Below, piece after piece: positions 47,543-57,908 of a stretch of 64,000 nucleotides of DNA. Origin of the DNA: Chitinilyticum piscinae (lineage in GTDB: Bacteria > Pseudomonadota > Gammaproteobacteria > Burkholderiales > Chitinibacteraceae); contig NZ_JADFUA010000001.1 of the NCBI RefSeq assembly GCF_015223195.1, positions 575,858 through 639,857 of the forward strand, given 5' to 3'. The translations under genes were made by a program, and so were the position numbers. The notes under the pieces were generated by a model. It saw nothing but the letters and a program-made list of their open reading frames with translations. It searched no databases and had not been told where the DNA came from. Each line of letters begins with the position of its first letter. Positions within the stretch are counted from its first letter, which is position 1.

Positions 47543-48358
47543 CTATTTCCACATATAGCCGGCGCCCAACAGGAACGTCATTTCGCCGCCGTGTTGCACC
47601 AGCGGGCTATCGGCGATGGCGCGGTCATAGCGTTCGTAAAAGACCCCGGCCATGCTCACCCAGTCCCGGTTGATTCGCCAGGACGTCAGCAGCGACGCGC
47701 CGTAACCCAGCGTGCTGCCGGTGTCATAGGCCGCGTAGCCTGATTGTGCCGCTTCCGCCGCCGATACGCCGCCGAAGTAGTAATTGCTCAGCTTGCTGCT
47801 GCGCCAGAACACGCCGGTGCCGGGCATGATCAGCCAGTTGTCGCGCACGATGGGGAAATCTGCCCACAATAGCGCGTCACCGCCCTTGCTGGTGCCGGTG
47901 ACGTCGTGCGAAACCCGTGCGGTCAGCAGTGCATAGGGAGTGAGCAGATTGGCGCCGATGCCGGCTTCCAATTCGGCCTTGCGCTTGTTCAGCCCGCTGA
48001 AGGCTGTCGGGTCTTCCGGATCCAGGTTGCCAAAGCGCACACGGCCATAGCCGTAGACGCCCAGACCGTTTTCCTGATAGACGTAGTAGCGCAGGCGGTC
48101 GCCCAGAAACATGAACTGCTGCCCCATATAAATGAAACCCGGGATGGGCAGTACCTTCTGCTGCTGTTCCTGGTAACGCGGCGTGTAGGTCAGTCCGATG
48201 CCGCCGACTACCAGCCCTTCCGGCACGGGCGAAAGCGCGCCCTCCGGGGTGAGCTGGCCGAGCGAGCCCAGATCCATTTCAAAATCGGCATAGGCCGGCA
48301 AGCTGCTGCACAGCAGCAGGCCGGCGAGTAGCCGGCGTAAGGGTTGCAACATAGAAAG
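47543..48358 (-). CDS. mipA: MipA/OmpV-family outer-membrane protein
   Basis: Signal peptide at MLSMLQPLRRLLAGLLLCSSLPAYA. Beta-barrel pattern ending in the aromatic C-terminal residues GAGYMWK, typical of MltA-interacting protein. Confidence 0.75.
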   Translation of the reverse strand, partial: LSMLQPLRRLLAGLLLCSSLPAYADFEMDLGSLGQLTPEGALSPVPEGLVVGGIGLTYTPRYQEQQQKVLPIPGFIYMGQQFMFLGDRLRYYVYQENGLGVYGYGRVRFGNLDPEDPTAFSGLNKRKAELEAGIGANLLTPYALLTARVSHDVTGTSKGGDALLWADFPIVRDNWLIMPGTGVFWRSSKLSNYYFGGVSAAEAAQSGYAAYDTGSTLGYGASLLTSWRINRDWVSMAGVFYERYDRAIADSPLVQHGGEMTFLLGAGYMWK

Positions 48359-48507
48359 CATCCTGTTCTGGCATGGCCGGCAGTGTACGCTGGCCCTTGA
48401 TGCGGCGCGACCTTGCCCGAGGAGGCTGTGGAAAACAGTCTGCAATCCGTCTGCGAAGCGGGAGGCGCGCCGTGCGGCGTGTGCTGCGGGGAGGCGGAGT
48501 TCTGCGG

Positions 48508-49770
48508 CTAGCCGTAGCGTTGCTGTGCCGTCACCGCCAGCCCGCTGCCGACACTGCCGTAGGCATCGCCCTCGACGGCCTGTGCTGCCGGGAAGGCACC
48601 AGCCAGGGCCAGCCGCAGTGCCGGAACGGCCGAAGCGCCACCGGTGAAGAACAGCGTATCGAGCTGCTCCGGTCGTACGCCGGCACTGGCCAGTGTGGCC
48701 AGTGCCGCCTGGACCACGCGCTGGATGTCGCCGCCAATCGCGTCTTCAAGGATTTCGCGGGGTATATCGATGCAGAAACCGTCTTCCAGTGCGTCCAGTT
48801 CAATACGGGTGCTGGTATTAGCGGAAAGCGCAATCTTGGCTGCTTCGATGGCGATGGCGATTTCGTGTGCGCGCTGCTGGCGCACCACGCGCGCCAGCCG
48901 GTCATAACGCGGACGGTCGGCCACATCGCGGGCCATGTTCTGCAGATCGCTCCAGGTCTTGCGCGTGTAGGCCAGATGGATGGTGTGCCAGGTGGCCAGC
49001 TGGAAGAACACACTGCTGGGAAAGGGCTTGCCGTCTTTCAGCGCCAGCCCCAGCCCTAGCTCGGGCATCACAGCGGCCAGCGACAGCTGCCGGTCGAAAT
49101 CGGTGCCGCCGATATGCACGCCGCCATGCGCCAGCAGGTCGCTGCTGCGGTCACTTTTGCCGCGGCGTTCGGGTGACAGGCGCACCAGTGAAAAGTCCGA
49201 CGTACCGCCACCGATGTCGATGACCAGCACCAGCTCCTCGCGGGTGATGTCCTGCTCGTAATCGTGCGCGGCGGCCAGCGGTTCGTACTGGAAGCTGATT
49301 TCGCGAAAGCCGCAGTCTCGGGCGATTTCGCCCAGCGTGCGCTCGGCCAGCGCGTCGGCGGCATCGTCGTCGTCGACAAAGCGGACCGGGCGGCCCAGCA
49401 CCACCTGAGTGAATCCGGTCTGCGCCTGCGCTTCGGCGCGGCGTTTCACCTCGCCGATGAACTGCCCCAGCAGATCGCGAAATCGCAGATGCCGTCCGGC
49501 CACTTCGGTACCGGCGTCCATCAGTGAACTGCCCAGCAGGCTCTTCATCGACCGCATCAGCCGGCCTTCGTAGCCATCGAGGTATTCCGCCAGCGCGGCG
49601 CGGCCGTAGCTGTGCGAGTCTTCGTCGACATTGAAGAAGATCGCCGACGGCAGCGTGACCTTGCCGTCTTCCAGCGCCAGCAGCCGTGCGCGCTGGCCGT
49701 CATGGATCGCGGCAGTGGAATTGGACGTGCCGAAGTCGATGCCGCAGGCGGGCAGAAGGGGGCGGGTCAT
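48508..49770 (-). CDS. yegD: Hsp70-family ATPase (YegD-like putative chaperone)
   Basis: 420 aa. Actin-like ATPase motifs CGIDFGTSNST, DIGGGTSDFSLV, LFFTGGASAVPALR. Confidence 0.8.
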   Translation of the reverse strand: MTRPLLPACGIDFGTSNSTAAIHDGQRARLLALEDGKVTLPSAIFFNVDEDSHSYGRAALAEYLDGYEGRLMRSMKSLLGSSLMDAGTEVAGRHLRFRDLLGQFIGEVKRRAEAQAQTGFTQVVLGRPVRFVDDDDAADALAERTLGEIARDCGFREISFQYEPLAAAHDYEQDITREELVLVIDIGGGTSDFSLVRLSPERRGKSDRSSDLLAHGGVHIGGTDFDRQLSLAAVMPELGLGLALKDGKPFPSSVFFQLATWHTIHLAYTRKTWSDLQNMARDVADRPRYDRLARVVRQQRAHEIAIAIEAAKIALSANTSTRIELDALEDGFCIDIPREILEDAIGGDIQRVVQAALATLASAGVRPEQLDTLFFTGGASAVPALRLALAGAFPAAQAVEGDAYGSVGSGLAVTAQQRYG

Positions 49771-49881
49771 GGCAGGCGGGGAAAAGCGGGAAGGGGCGAG
49801 ACCATACGCCCCGCCCGAGCTGCCGTCAAATCGGCGGGCTGGATGGCAGGCTTAGGCCTCTGCTACTCCGGCAACACATGC

Positions 49882-50148
49882 CTACAGCGCGTGCGCGAGC
49901 GGTTTGGTAATGAATGTGGCTAGCGGCTGGCTGAAGCGGAGTAACGCCACCCCGAACAGGAGGTAAAACGGTGAGGATACCGTCGATTGCGCTGCATAAA
50001 ACAATAGCGTGGGATCCAGAATGCCGTCAGCCCCCAGAAAAAAGAGGGCATATATCGTGAGCGCATACAGGCCGCCAAGAATGGCTAAGCCAGCGAGAAA
50101 AAGTCCGAGGATTCTGATCAGTACTGTGGCAAGTTGGTAGGCGTTCAT
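49882..50148 (-). CDS. small membrane protein (hypothetical)
   Basis: Two to three hydrophobic helices. Start guessed at MNAYQLATVL within ORF 49882..50190. Confidence 0.35.
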   Translation of the reverse strand: MNAYQLATVLIRILGLFLAGLAILGGLYALTIYALFFLGADGILDPTLLFYAAQSTVSSPFYLLFGVALLRFSQPLATFITKPLAHAL

Positions 50149-50308
50149 GCGCAGTTTCCTTGATGCAGCAGGATGGATGCTAGCATGCAAGCCAAGCTTG
50201 TTGAATGTTACGGGTAAGTTGATGGTGGCTCAGCTTGGGTCTGGTTGGTACATTGCGGTGTATTGTGCTCGATGATCTGTAATTTAAGGCTCTGGAGGGT
50301 TATACCCC

Positions 50309-51280
50309 ATGATTAAATGGTTTGGCTGTACCTTGTTGTTGATCAGCGCACAGGCGCTGGCGAATGATTCGACAGCCACGCTGACGGCGGGTGGATTGCG
50401 CCTCAAACAGACTGACGCCATCGCAATGGCGGAAGAAATCCTGCAGATCCGCAGCTTGCCCGAGGGGAAGGCCGACGCGGATTTCGAAATCGTGGTCGAC
50501 TATCTCTTCCGCAATGTCACCGCGCAGCCGGTGCAGGAAACGATCGCTTTTCCGATGCCGGAGCAGCCCGGCGAGTGCACGCAGAATCAGGGGGACCAGG
50601 CGCACTTTGATCGCCGCAGTTTCCGGCTCACGGTGGATGGTCAGCCCGTTGCGACCCGTCAGCAGCTGCAGGCACGACTGGAAGGGCGGGGTGACATTAC
50701 CGCCGCCCTGTTCAAGCTGGGACTGACCCCGGCGCAGCTTGAGTCAGCCTACGCCAGCCTGCCCGGTTCCTTGCAGCGCAAGCTGGTCAAGGCCGGTTTT
50801 GCCAGTGCCGAAGACGAATGCAACCGCTGGAGTACGCAATGGGTGTATGTCTGGGAGCAGACCTTTCCGCCCGGGCGTGATCTGCGTGTGCACCATCGCT
50901 ATGTACCGGCCGCAGGCGGGGCGGCGAACGCCAATTACGTGCCGCCCGACGAGCGCGGCAGCGGCAAGGCACTTCCACCGCTCGCCTACCCGGAGGGCTG
51001 GCAGCATAACGTGGCCAGTTACTGCATGGGCAGTACCGAGCAGCAGCGTTTCCGCCGTGTACCGGCATACCGCAATGTCGGCTATGTGCTGAAAACCGGG
51101 GCCAACTGGGCGGGGCCGATCCGCCAGTTCACGCTGCGCATCCAGACGGCGCAGCCAGAGGAAAAGATCTCGCTGTGCTGGCAGGGAATCAGCAAGGTCT
51201 CGCCCACCGTGTATGAATCCGTGAAACGCGACTTCATGCCGCAGCAGGATCTGGACATCCTGTTTTACACCCCGGATTAA
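50309..51280 (+). CDS. secreted hypothetical protein (DUF4424-like)
   Basis: 323 aa. Signal peptide MIKWFGCTLLLISAQALA. Several conserved Cys. Domain assignment is from memory only. Confidence 0.5.
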   Translation: MIKWFGCTLLLISAQALANDSTATLTAGGLRLKQTDAIAMAEEILQIRSLPEGKADADFEIVVDYLFRNVTAQPVQETIAFPMPEQPGECTQNQGDQAHFDRRSFRLTVDGQPVATRQQLQARLEGRGDITAALFKLGLTPAQLESAYASLPGSLQRKLVKAGFASAEDECNRWSTQWVYVWEQTFPPGRDLRVHHRYVPAAGGAANANYVPPDERGSGKALPPLAYPEGWQHNVASYCMGSTEQQRFRRVPAYRNVGYVLKTGANWAGPIRQFTLRIQTAQPEEKISLCWQGISKVSPTVYESVKRDFMPQQDLDILFYTPD

Positions 51281-51367
51281 CGGGCGGTAGTCCGTTTAGC
51301 GCGGCATGATGGATTGCACGGGGGCATGTGTAAATACATTGCCATGTATGGCTTGAATTGCTTTTGA

Positions 51368-52057
51368 TTATATAGGTTGCGGCGGTATACCCCGCATCGC
51401 CGTGGGCAGATCCAGCGTATGGCGCAAGCGCCCGCACAACTCGTCCGGGCTTTGGGCGATGACTTCCTCGGGAACGCCCCACTTGCCGGTGAGACGCTGG
51501 AAGTCCTCGAAGCCATAGGACACGATCAGCGGGTGAAAGCCGGCGGCGAGACAGGCCAGATAATCCTTGTGCTCGTCGCCGCAGGCCAAGGCGCGTGCCG
51601 GGTTGATGCCCAGCCGTTCGCGCGCCTGCTTGAAGTGCCAGGTTTTTTCCATTTTCAGCGGGATGCAGGCGAAGAAATCCAGTGCGGCCAGATCGAGATC
51701 GTGGCGGGCAAACAGCTGGCGCAGGGTTTCCTGCGGCTCGTGCGTGATATTGCGCGTAACCATGCCGACACGGATGCCCGGTGTGGCCTGCAGGGTACGG
51801 ATCAGCCCGGCCACGCCCGGGTAGAGGCGCGCGGTTTCGCGGTAGACGCTGGTCAGTGTGGTGATCAGGCCCTTGCGCTGCTGTGCCGTACTCTGGCGGA
51901 GGATGTTCTTGGGAAATTCCTTCAGCCCGCCGAAATACTTGAACAGGTTGCGGCGCTTCTGGAAACGGTCGAGGTCGCCGATGTCCATGCCGTGCAGGCC
52001 GAAGGTGGTGGCGATGGCGTCAAAGGCGTCGATGATGGTGCCGTCGGCATCGAACAT
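51368..52057 (-). CDS. HAD-superfamily hydrolase
   Basis: Start at MFDADGTIIDAF (HAD motif I DxDGT) within ORF 51368..52219. Motif III/IV ACGDEHKDYLA. Confidence 0.7.
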   Translation of the reverse strand: MFDADGTIIDAFDAIATTFGLHGMDIGDLDRFQKRRNLFKYFGGLKEFPKNILRQSTAQQRKGLITTLTSVYRETARLYPGVAGLIRTLQATPGIRVGMVTRNITHEPQETLRQLFARHDLDLAALDFFACIPLKMEKTWHFKQARERLGINPARALACGDEHKDYLACLAAGFHPLIVSYGFEDFQRLTGKWGVPEEVIAQSPDELCGRLRHTLDLPTAMRGIPPQPI

Positions 52058-52264
52058 CACCAGTCTGTCACTGCTCGGGTACAATGAGTTGCCTCCTGTA
52101 GCGTAGTCGCAAGGGGCGCGACTATTCCCGCATTCTGGCGTGCGAATGCTGCATGACGATGATGTGGCGGTTTTGTTGCGCCGAACAAACACTGCCGCAG
52201 CGGCACGCTGCCGCGCCAATCGAGTGCCGCTGCCTGTCAGCTATTCATGTTTGGGTGCTGGGGC

Positions 52265-52933
52265 TTACCAGTTCGGGCGCAGCGTCTTCAGGGTGTCCTT
52301 GGGCAAGAAGCGGCCTTCGGTGCGCAGTTCGCATTCCAGTTCGGATTTTTTCTTGTCGGTGGCTTCTTCCGACAGCATCAGCACCAGATAGGGCTTGTTG
52401 CCATCGATCCTGTCGCGTGCGACGACAGTCCAGCCCGCATTCTGCTGCTGGCGGAATACCGTGCAGATGCCGTCTTCGCATTCCCACGGCAGCTTGCCGG
52501 CTTTGTCCAGTGTGCTGCGCACCTGCTTGGGCGAAGCCAGCAGGTTCAGCTTCCAGCGATAGAGTTCTTCCTTGCCATTGTCATGCGCCGTGAAACTGCG
52601 CGTGCTGCGGAAATGGCGTTCGCTGTAATAGTAGGCTCCGATACCTTCAGGAAAGAGTACTGGGGGCTGGAATTCGACATCGCGTGCGAATTCTTCCATG
52701 CCCTTGGTCAGCTCTTTCATTCCCGCGGTCTGGTCTTCCATCGGGCCCAGTTTGAAATTCGCCATCCCGTCCTTGCTGACGAGATTCGCGTTTTTCAGCA
52801 GTTCGGGATTGCTGCCGAGCAGGCGGTAGAAACTGGCATCACATTTGGCAAATTCAGCCAGAGGCGAGAGCGCCGGCGCGGCAAATGCGGGCAAAGAGAG
52901 GGTGGCAAGCAGGGCAAGGCTGGTTAGTTTCAT
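52265..52933 (-). CDS. secreted hypothetical protein
   Basis: Signal peptide MKLTSLALLATLSLPAFA. Lys/Glu-rich mature part with two Cys pairs. Confidence 0.5.
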   Translation of the reverse strand: MKLTSLALLATLSLPAFAAPALSPLAEFAKCDASFYRLLGSNPELLKNANLVSKDGMANFKLGPMEDQTAGMKELTKGMEEFARDVEFQPPVLFPEGIGAYYYSERHFRSTRSFTAHDNGKEELYRWKLNLLASPKQVRSTLDKAGKLPWECEDGICTVFRQQQNAGWTVVARDRIDGNKPYLVLMLSEEATDKKKSELECELRTEGRFLPKDTLKTLRPNW

Positions 52934-53068
52934 GACAGGACTGGCACGGTTAGAAATGGGGCGCACAGTATATTGTCATTACAAGTGGAGTCAATTTATG
53001 CCGCCTGATGGATTTGCTCCGGTGTGAGGCGTTCCACAGTGTGGCGGCGAGGTGGACTCGGCTGAGGA

Positions 53069-53521
53069 TCAGGCTGCCGGTTTGCGCGCCAGAATGCGGT
53101 CGAGCGCGGCGGCGAAATTGCGGCTGTCAGCGGCCGAGAAGCCAGCCGGGCCGCCGGTTTCCACGCCGGCATCACGCAGGCCCTGCATGAAATCGCGCAT
53201 CGACAGTCGTTCGCGCACATTGGCGAGCGTCAACAGCTCGCCGCGCGGGTCGAGCACGCGCCCGCCCTTTTCGATCACCAGTGCCGCCAGCGGAATATCC
53301 GCGCTGATGACCAGATCGCCGGCCGCCACGCGGCGCACGATTTCCGCATCGGCGACGTCGAAGCCTTTCTCGACTTGCAGCGCCCGGATGTGCGGTGACG
53401 GTGGCACGCTCAGCAGCTGGTTGGCGACCAGCGTCATCGGTGTTGCGGTGCGGTCCGCGGCGCGGAACAGAATGTCCTTGATGACGCGCGGGCAGGCGTC
53501 GGCATCGACCCAGATGTGCAT
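53069..53521 (-). CDS. yaiI: YaiI/YqgE family protein (UPF0178, DUF188)
   Basis: 150 aa. N-terminus [22 protein letters not shown]...ADAEIV matches the YaiI family N-terminus. Confidence 0.75.
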   Translation of the reverse strand: MHIWVDADACPRVIKDILFRAADRTATPMTLVANQLLSVPPSPHIRALQVEKGFDVADAEIVRRVAAGDLVISADIPLAALVIEKGGRVLDPRGELLTLANVRERLSMRDFMQGLRDAGVETGGPAGFSAADSRNFAAALDRILARKPAA

Positions 53522-53713
53522 GAGCTCAGTAGTGCGGAGAAAACCGCAGTATCGCAGGGATTGCTGTCGGAAGCGATGACGGTGCCCGGTATTCCTGATT
53601 GTTACATTTTGGTTTCGATATACTGACGGTCACCACGACGGGATAAGCACATAACCGCCACCTGTCCGGTATCGCGCCGGATCATGTCGAACCGGCCAGC
53701 AAGGGAGAAAATC

Positions 53714-55351
53714 ATGCCGAGAACGATTTCCGGCCGGCTGGTAGCCGGCTTTAGCTTGTTATTGCTGTTTCTGGTTGGTGTGGTGGTGTTGGGGGTGCTG
53801 AGTACGCGCGACATCCACCAGCAGAGCCGCGCCATTCTCGCCACCGAGGTGGCGATCGGGGATGCCGCACAGGAGATCCGTTACGCGCTGACCCGCACGC
53901 GCCAGAAGGAAAAGAGCCTGTTCATCTCGATCGGCAATCCCGGCGAGGATAATCCGGCAGCCAACAAGCAGGAGCTCGATCAAGTGCTGGCAGAGCTGGA
54001 CAAGAGCATTGCCGCGTTCAGGCAGCTACCGCTTGATCCGGAGCTGGCGCGATTGGCAGGCGGCATGCCGGACAAGCTGGCCATCTACCGCAAGGCGCTG
54101 GACGGGATCTATCGCGAGATCACGGCAGGTACGATCACCACCGCCTATCAGGCTGATGAGGCGCTCAAGCCGTTCAAGAAACCGATCTACGAGCTCAATC
54201 AGGCCGTCAAGGATGTGGCGAGCCAAGCGGCTGAGCGCACCAGAGCACGCAGTCAGGTCATCGAGGAGGAAGCCGGGCAGATCCAGCTCAAGCTGCTGGG
54301 GCTGGGCGGGATTGCGGTGCTGGTGGCGGCGGTGCTGGCCTGGCTGATCGCCCGCTCGATCATTCTGCCGATCCGCAGTCTGTGCAGCGATCTGCAACGC
54401 ATCGAGCGTGAGCGCGACCTTAGTCACGGGATCAGCTATCAGGGGCGCGATGAGCTGGGAGACATGGCGGCGGCGACCAGCGGGTTGATTGCGGCACTGG
54501 CGGGGACCATGCAGCAGCTGCAGGCGCAGTCGCGTCAGCTCAAGGAGGCGGCGCGACAGCTGGCCGCCGCGTCGGCACAGGTTCGCACCGGCTCCGAACG
54601 GCAGGCCGACGAGAGCACCTCGATGGCGGCGGCACTGGAGCAGATTTCAACCAGTATCAGCCATATTTCCGGCTTGAGCGACGACGCTCGCGAGCGCTCG
54701 CGCGCTTCCGGCGATGCTGCCAGTGAAGGTGCCCGGCAGATCGACAGCATGGTTCAGGATATTCGCGCGATTGCCGAAGCCATCCAGCATGCTGCGCACT
54801 CGGCCGAAGCGCTGGATGCCTCGTCTGACCGGATTTCCGGTATCACGCTGGTGATCAAGGATGTGGCCGACCAGACCAATCTGCTGGCGCTGAATGCGGC
54901 CATCGAGGCCGCGCGGGCGGGTGAGCAGGGGCGCGGTTTTGCGGTGGTGGCCGATGAAGTGCGCAAGCTGGCGGAAAAAACCGCGCAGTCGGCACAGGAA
55001 ATCGCGACCATGATTTCCTCCATCCAGCAGGGCGCGAAAAGCATGGCTGGCCAGATGCGCCGTTCGGTCGAGAGTGTGAATGCCGGGATGGAGGTGTCGC
55101 AGCAGGCTGGCTGCGCGATTGGCACCATCAGCAGCAGCGCGGGGGCGGTGGTCGAGCTGATCGCGGAACTCAATACTGCCTTGCGCGAACAGTCTGCCGC
55201 CAGCCAGATGCTGGCCAGCCGGGTCGAGCACATTGTGCAGATGGTCGACGAGAATTCCCGCAGCACCGGGATGGTGGCGCAGACGGCCGGCGAGTTGGAT
55301 AGCCTGGCCGACCGTCTCAGCAGCGATATTGCCCGCTACAAGGTGTCCTGA
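53714..55351 (+). CDS. methyl-accepting chemotaxis protein (4-helix-bundle sensor, HAMP)
   Basis: Start at [22 protein letters not shown]. Periplasmic helical sensor, second TM, HAMP. MCP signalling domain with [33 protein letters not shown]. Confidence 0.9.
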   Translation: MPRTISGRLVAGFSLLLLFLVGVVVLGVLSTRDIHQQSRAILATEVAIGDAAQEIRYALTRTRQKEKSLFISIGNPGEDNPAANKQELDQVLAELDKSIAAFRQLPLDPELARLAGGMPDKLAIYRKALDGIYREITAGTITTAYQADEALKPFKKPIYELNQAVKDVASQAAERTRARSQVIEEEAGQIQLKLLGLGGIAVLVAAVLAWLIARSIILPIRSLCSDLQRIERERDLSHGISYQGRDELGDMAAATSGLIAALAGTMQQLQAQSRQLKEAARQLAAASAQVRTGSERQADESTSMAAALEQISTSISHISGLSDDARERSRASGDAASEGARQIDSMVQDIRAIAEAIQHAAHSAEALDASSDRISGITLVIKDVADQTNLLALNAAIEAARAGEQGRGFAVVADEVRKLAEKTAQSAQEIATMISSIQQGAKSMAGQMRRSVESVNAGMEVSQQAGCAIGTISSSAGAVVELIAELNTALREQSAASQMLASRVEHIVQMVDENSRSTGMVAQTAGELDSLADRLSSDIARYKVS

Positions 55352-55400
55352 GCTGGCTAAGCTGCTGCAGCAGGCCACAGCGGCCTGCTGCGCGCTGGGC

Positions 55401-56444
55401 TTATTGCACCAGCACCGGGCCGGCCAGCGGGTCGGCCTCGACCAGCCAGCGCTTGTCGCCGGCGGCCTTCACGGCCAGCTTCTTGCTGCCCTGCTGCAGC
55501 ACCGGTGCCGAAGCGGCGGTGATTGCCAGTGTTACCGGAATCGCGTAGCGCTTGCAGTCGGTGGCGGAGGTATCGAACTGGATGCCTTTGCTATCAAGCT
55601 TTACCGAGCAATACCTGCGGGTTTCGCGGTAGCGGATCACTTCGGTCGGTGTCGCGATCCACAGCTTGCCGGCATCCGCCTGCTGCTTCAGATAATCGGC
55701 GTAAGCGGTGTATTCGGCCAGCGGCACCGCCTCCCAGCTGCCATCGGCAACCCCGTGCATGGTGCGGAAGGTCCAGCTGCCGCTGTTGATGGCGGCTTCG
55801 GCATGCTGGATCAGGATGCTGCCGGCGGCGCCCGGTTTGTACAGTGACCACTTGCCATCGGTCCAGTACACATCCCATTTCACAAAATAGGGATCACCCT
55901 CATCCGTGTTCAGCCCGGCCATGCTGCCGTCGTACAGGTGCTTGGCTGCGCGTGCGCCGAGATAATCGGGCTGCTGTTTCACCATTGCCCGGGTTTCCGG
56001 GCTGGCGAGGTCAAACGGGTAGCCGATAAAGCTGAAGCGATAGCCGGTTTTTTCCAGCATCAGTGCATGCGCGTCGAGGATTTCGCGTTTGGCATCCCAG
56101 CCTTTTACCGCGGCCAAGGTGCCGGCTTCCAGTTCGCCGCTGTGACTGAGGGTATGGTTGAAGGGCTCGTAGCCTTTGGCGATCAGCTCTTTCAGGCGCG
56201 CCCAGTCGGCAGGCTTGCATTCCTTGCCAATCACGCCAACCGCCGCCTTCAGCCCGCGTGCTTCGAGGATGGGGAGCGCGTTTTTCTCGATCCCGCTTAC
56301 CCCGGGGCTGCAGTAGTCATCATGCGCAATGGTGTGCGCGCCCCTGGCATCACCACGCCACGGGGTGATGCTGACGCTGGTGAGGGGCGCCGCCTGGGCG
56401 GCACTGGCCAGCACTGGCAGCAGGCCTGCCAGCAAAGCAATGGT
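55401..56444 (-). CDS. polysaccharide deacetylase (CE4/NodB-like), secreted
   Basis: Start at MRTIALLAGLLPVLASAAQA (signal peptide) within ORF 55401..56801. NodB-type motifs HTIAHDDY...TLSHSGE, typical CE4 His/Asp metal ligands. Confidence 0.7.
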   Translation of the reverse strand, partial: TIALLAGLLPVLASAAQAAPLTSVSITPWRGDARGAHTIAHDDYCSPGVSGIEKNALPILEARGLKAAVGVIGKECKPADWARLKELIAKGYEPFNHTLSHSGELEAGTLAAVKGWDAKREILDAHALMLEKTGYRFSFIGYPFDLASPETRAMVKQQPDYLGARAAKHLYDGSMAGLNTDEGDPYFVKWDVYWTDGKWSLYKPGAAGSILIQHAEAAINSGSWTFRTMHGVADGSWEAVPLAEYTAYADYLKQQADAGKLWIATPTEVIRYRETRRYCSVKLDSKGIQFDTSATDCKRYAIPVTLAITAASAPVLQQGSKKLAVKAAGDKRWLVEADPLAGPVLVQ

Positions 56445-56549
56445 TCTCATGAGGTGATTTCCTGTGTGCAACACGCAGGCCGGGCAGCCTGTAGCTGCAG
56501 ACGGTATCCTTGTCATGGAAGAGACAACAAGTTTTCTGGAGTAGTGTGT

Positions 56550-56750
56550 ATGGAAGATCGCATCACCGAGCTGGAAATCCGCCTGGCGCTGCAGGATGAG
56601 CTGCTGGATACGCTGAATGCAACGGTCGCGCAGCAGCAGTTGCAGCTGACGCGCCTGCAGCATCTGCTGGCCGAGATGCAGGGACATATCCGCCTGCTCG
56701 AACTCGGCCCGCGCAACCTGCCGCAGCAGGAAATTCCGCCGCATTACTAG
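56550..56750 (+). CDS. slyX: SlyX protein
   Basis: 66 aa. MEDRITELEIRLALQDELLDTLNATVAQQQLQLTRLQHLLAEMQ is collinear with E. coli SlyX. Confidence 0.85.
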   Translation: MEDRITELEIRLALQDELLDTLNATVAQQQLQLTRLQHLLAEMQGHIRLLELGPRNLPQQEIPPHY

Positions 56751-57107
56751 GACCGCACACCAAATGCGCGACGGTATTTTTGCGGGCAAATAGCGGCACA
56801 ATTACCTGTATGCCAAATGGGTGCGGGCATACCATCGTTTCACCCATCACACCGTGCAGCCTTCTTTGGCGGGATACGCCTGCGGGTTTCGGTCGGAGTC
56901 CGCCGGCGCGAGTGTGGAAAAATGGGAGCAGAGTTGGCGGGTATAGTTTGTCTGACTGTCCAAGCCAAATTGATTCAGCTATGCTTACTTCGTTGCTTTA
57001 ATCGGGCGTGGTTGGTCAATTGGCTTGCCGTAGGAAACTGGCAAGCCAAGCTTTCAGTTAAACCCTGCCGATTTGTAAATTGAAAATCATTATCAAGGAG
57101 TTTAGTC

Positions 57108-57758
57108 ATGAAAAAACTGAGTATGCTGCTTGCCGCCATGTTCGCGATGGCTTCTGTTTCTGTTTTTGCGGCCAATGCATCGGCCGTCAAGGGCGAAGGT
57201 GGTAACGACAAGGCAACCGCACCGCTGAAGGGCGAAGCCCACAGTGATCAGGACAAGGCCAAGAAGCCGCTGAAGGGTGAAGGTCATAGCGATCAGGACA
57301 AAGCCAAGAAGCCGATGAAGGGCGAGGGCGGCAATGACAAGGCCACCGCTCCGATGAAGGGTGAAGGCGGCAACGACAAGGCCACCAAGCCGATGAAGGG
57401 TGAAGGCGGCAATGACAAGGCCACCGCTCCGATGAAGGGTGAAGGCGGCAATGACAAGGCCACAGCTCCGATGAAGGGTGAAGGTGGCAATGACAAGGCT
57501 GCCAAGCCAATGAAGGGTGAAGGTGGCAATGACAAGGCTGCCAAGCCGATGAAGGGCGAAGGTGGCAACGACAAGGCTGTCAAGCCGGTGAAGGGCGAAG
57601 GCGGCAATGACAAGGCCACCGCTCCGCTGAAGGGTGAAGGCGGCAACGACAAGGCCACCAAGCCGCTGAAGGGCGAAGCCCACAGCGACCAGGACAAGGC
57701 CAAGAAGCCGCTGAAAGGTGAAGGCGGCAACGACAAGGCTGTCGCACCGGTCAAGTAA
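57108..57758 (+). CDS. secreted low-complexity protein built from ~15 tandem 13-aa repeats (KGEGGNDKATAPM)
   Basis: Signal peptide MKKLSMLLAAMFAMASVSVFA. The rest is [L/M]KGE(G/A)(G/H)(N/S)D(K/Q)(A/D)(T/K)(A/K)(P/K) repeated, encoded by 39-bp DNA repeats. A strong intrinsic terminator follows immediately. Confidence 0.7.
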   Translation: MKKLSMLLAAMFAMASVSVFAANASAVKGEGGNDKATAPLKGEAHSDQDKAKKPLKGEGHSDQDKAKKPMKGEGGNDKATAPMKGEGGNDKATKPMKGEGGNDKATAPMKGEGGNDKATAPMKGEGGNDKAAKPMKGEGGNDKAAKPMKGEGGNDKAVKPVKGEGGNDKATAPLKGEGGNDKATKPLKGEAHSDQDKAKKPLKGEGGNDKAVAPVK

Positions 57759-57812
57759 ACCGGTGTGCCGCAGCGATGAATGATCACTGTGGCAGCCTGT
57801 GGCAATGCAAAA

Positions 57813-57840
57813 GCGGGGAGCGTGGCTTCCCGCTTTTTTT
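57813..57840 (+). terminator. Rho-independent terminator downstream of the repeat-protein gene
   Basis: GCGGGGAGC / GCUUCCCGC stem (8-9 bp) with a GUGG loop, followed by a T7 run (57834-57840). Confidence 0.8.
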
Positions 57841-57908
57841 CCGTTTCCAGCCATAATTTATAAATCTGGTAATGCCAGAGACACTTTCAGGTCAAGGAGA
57901 GTCGCGTC

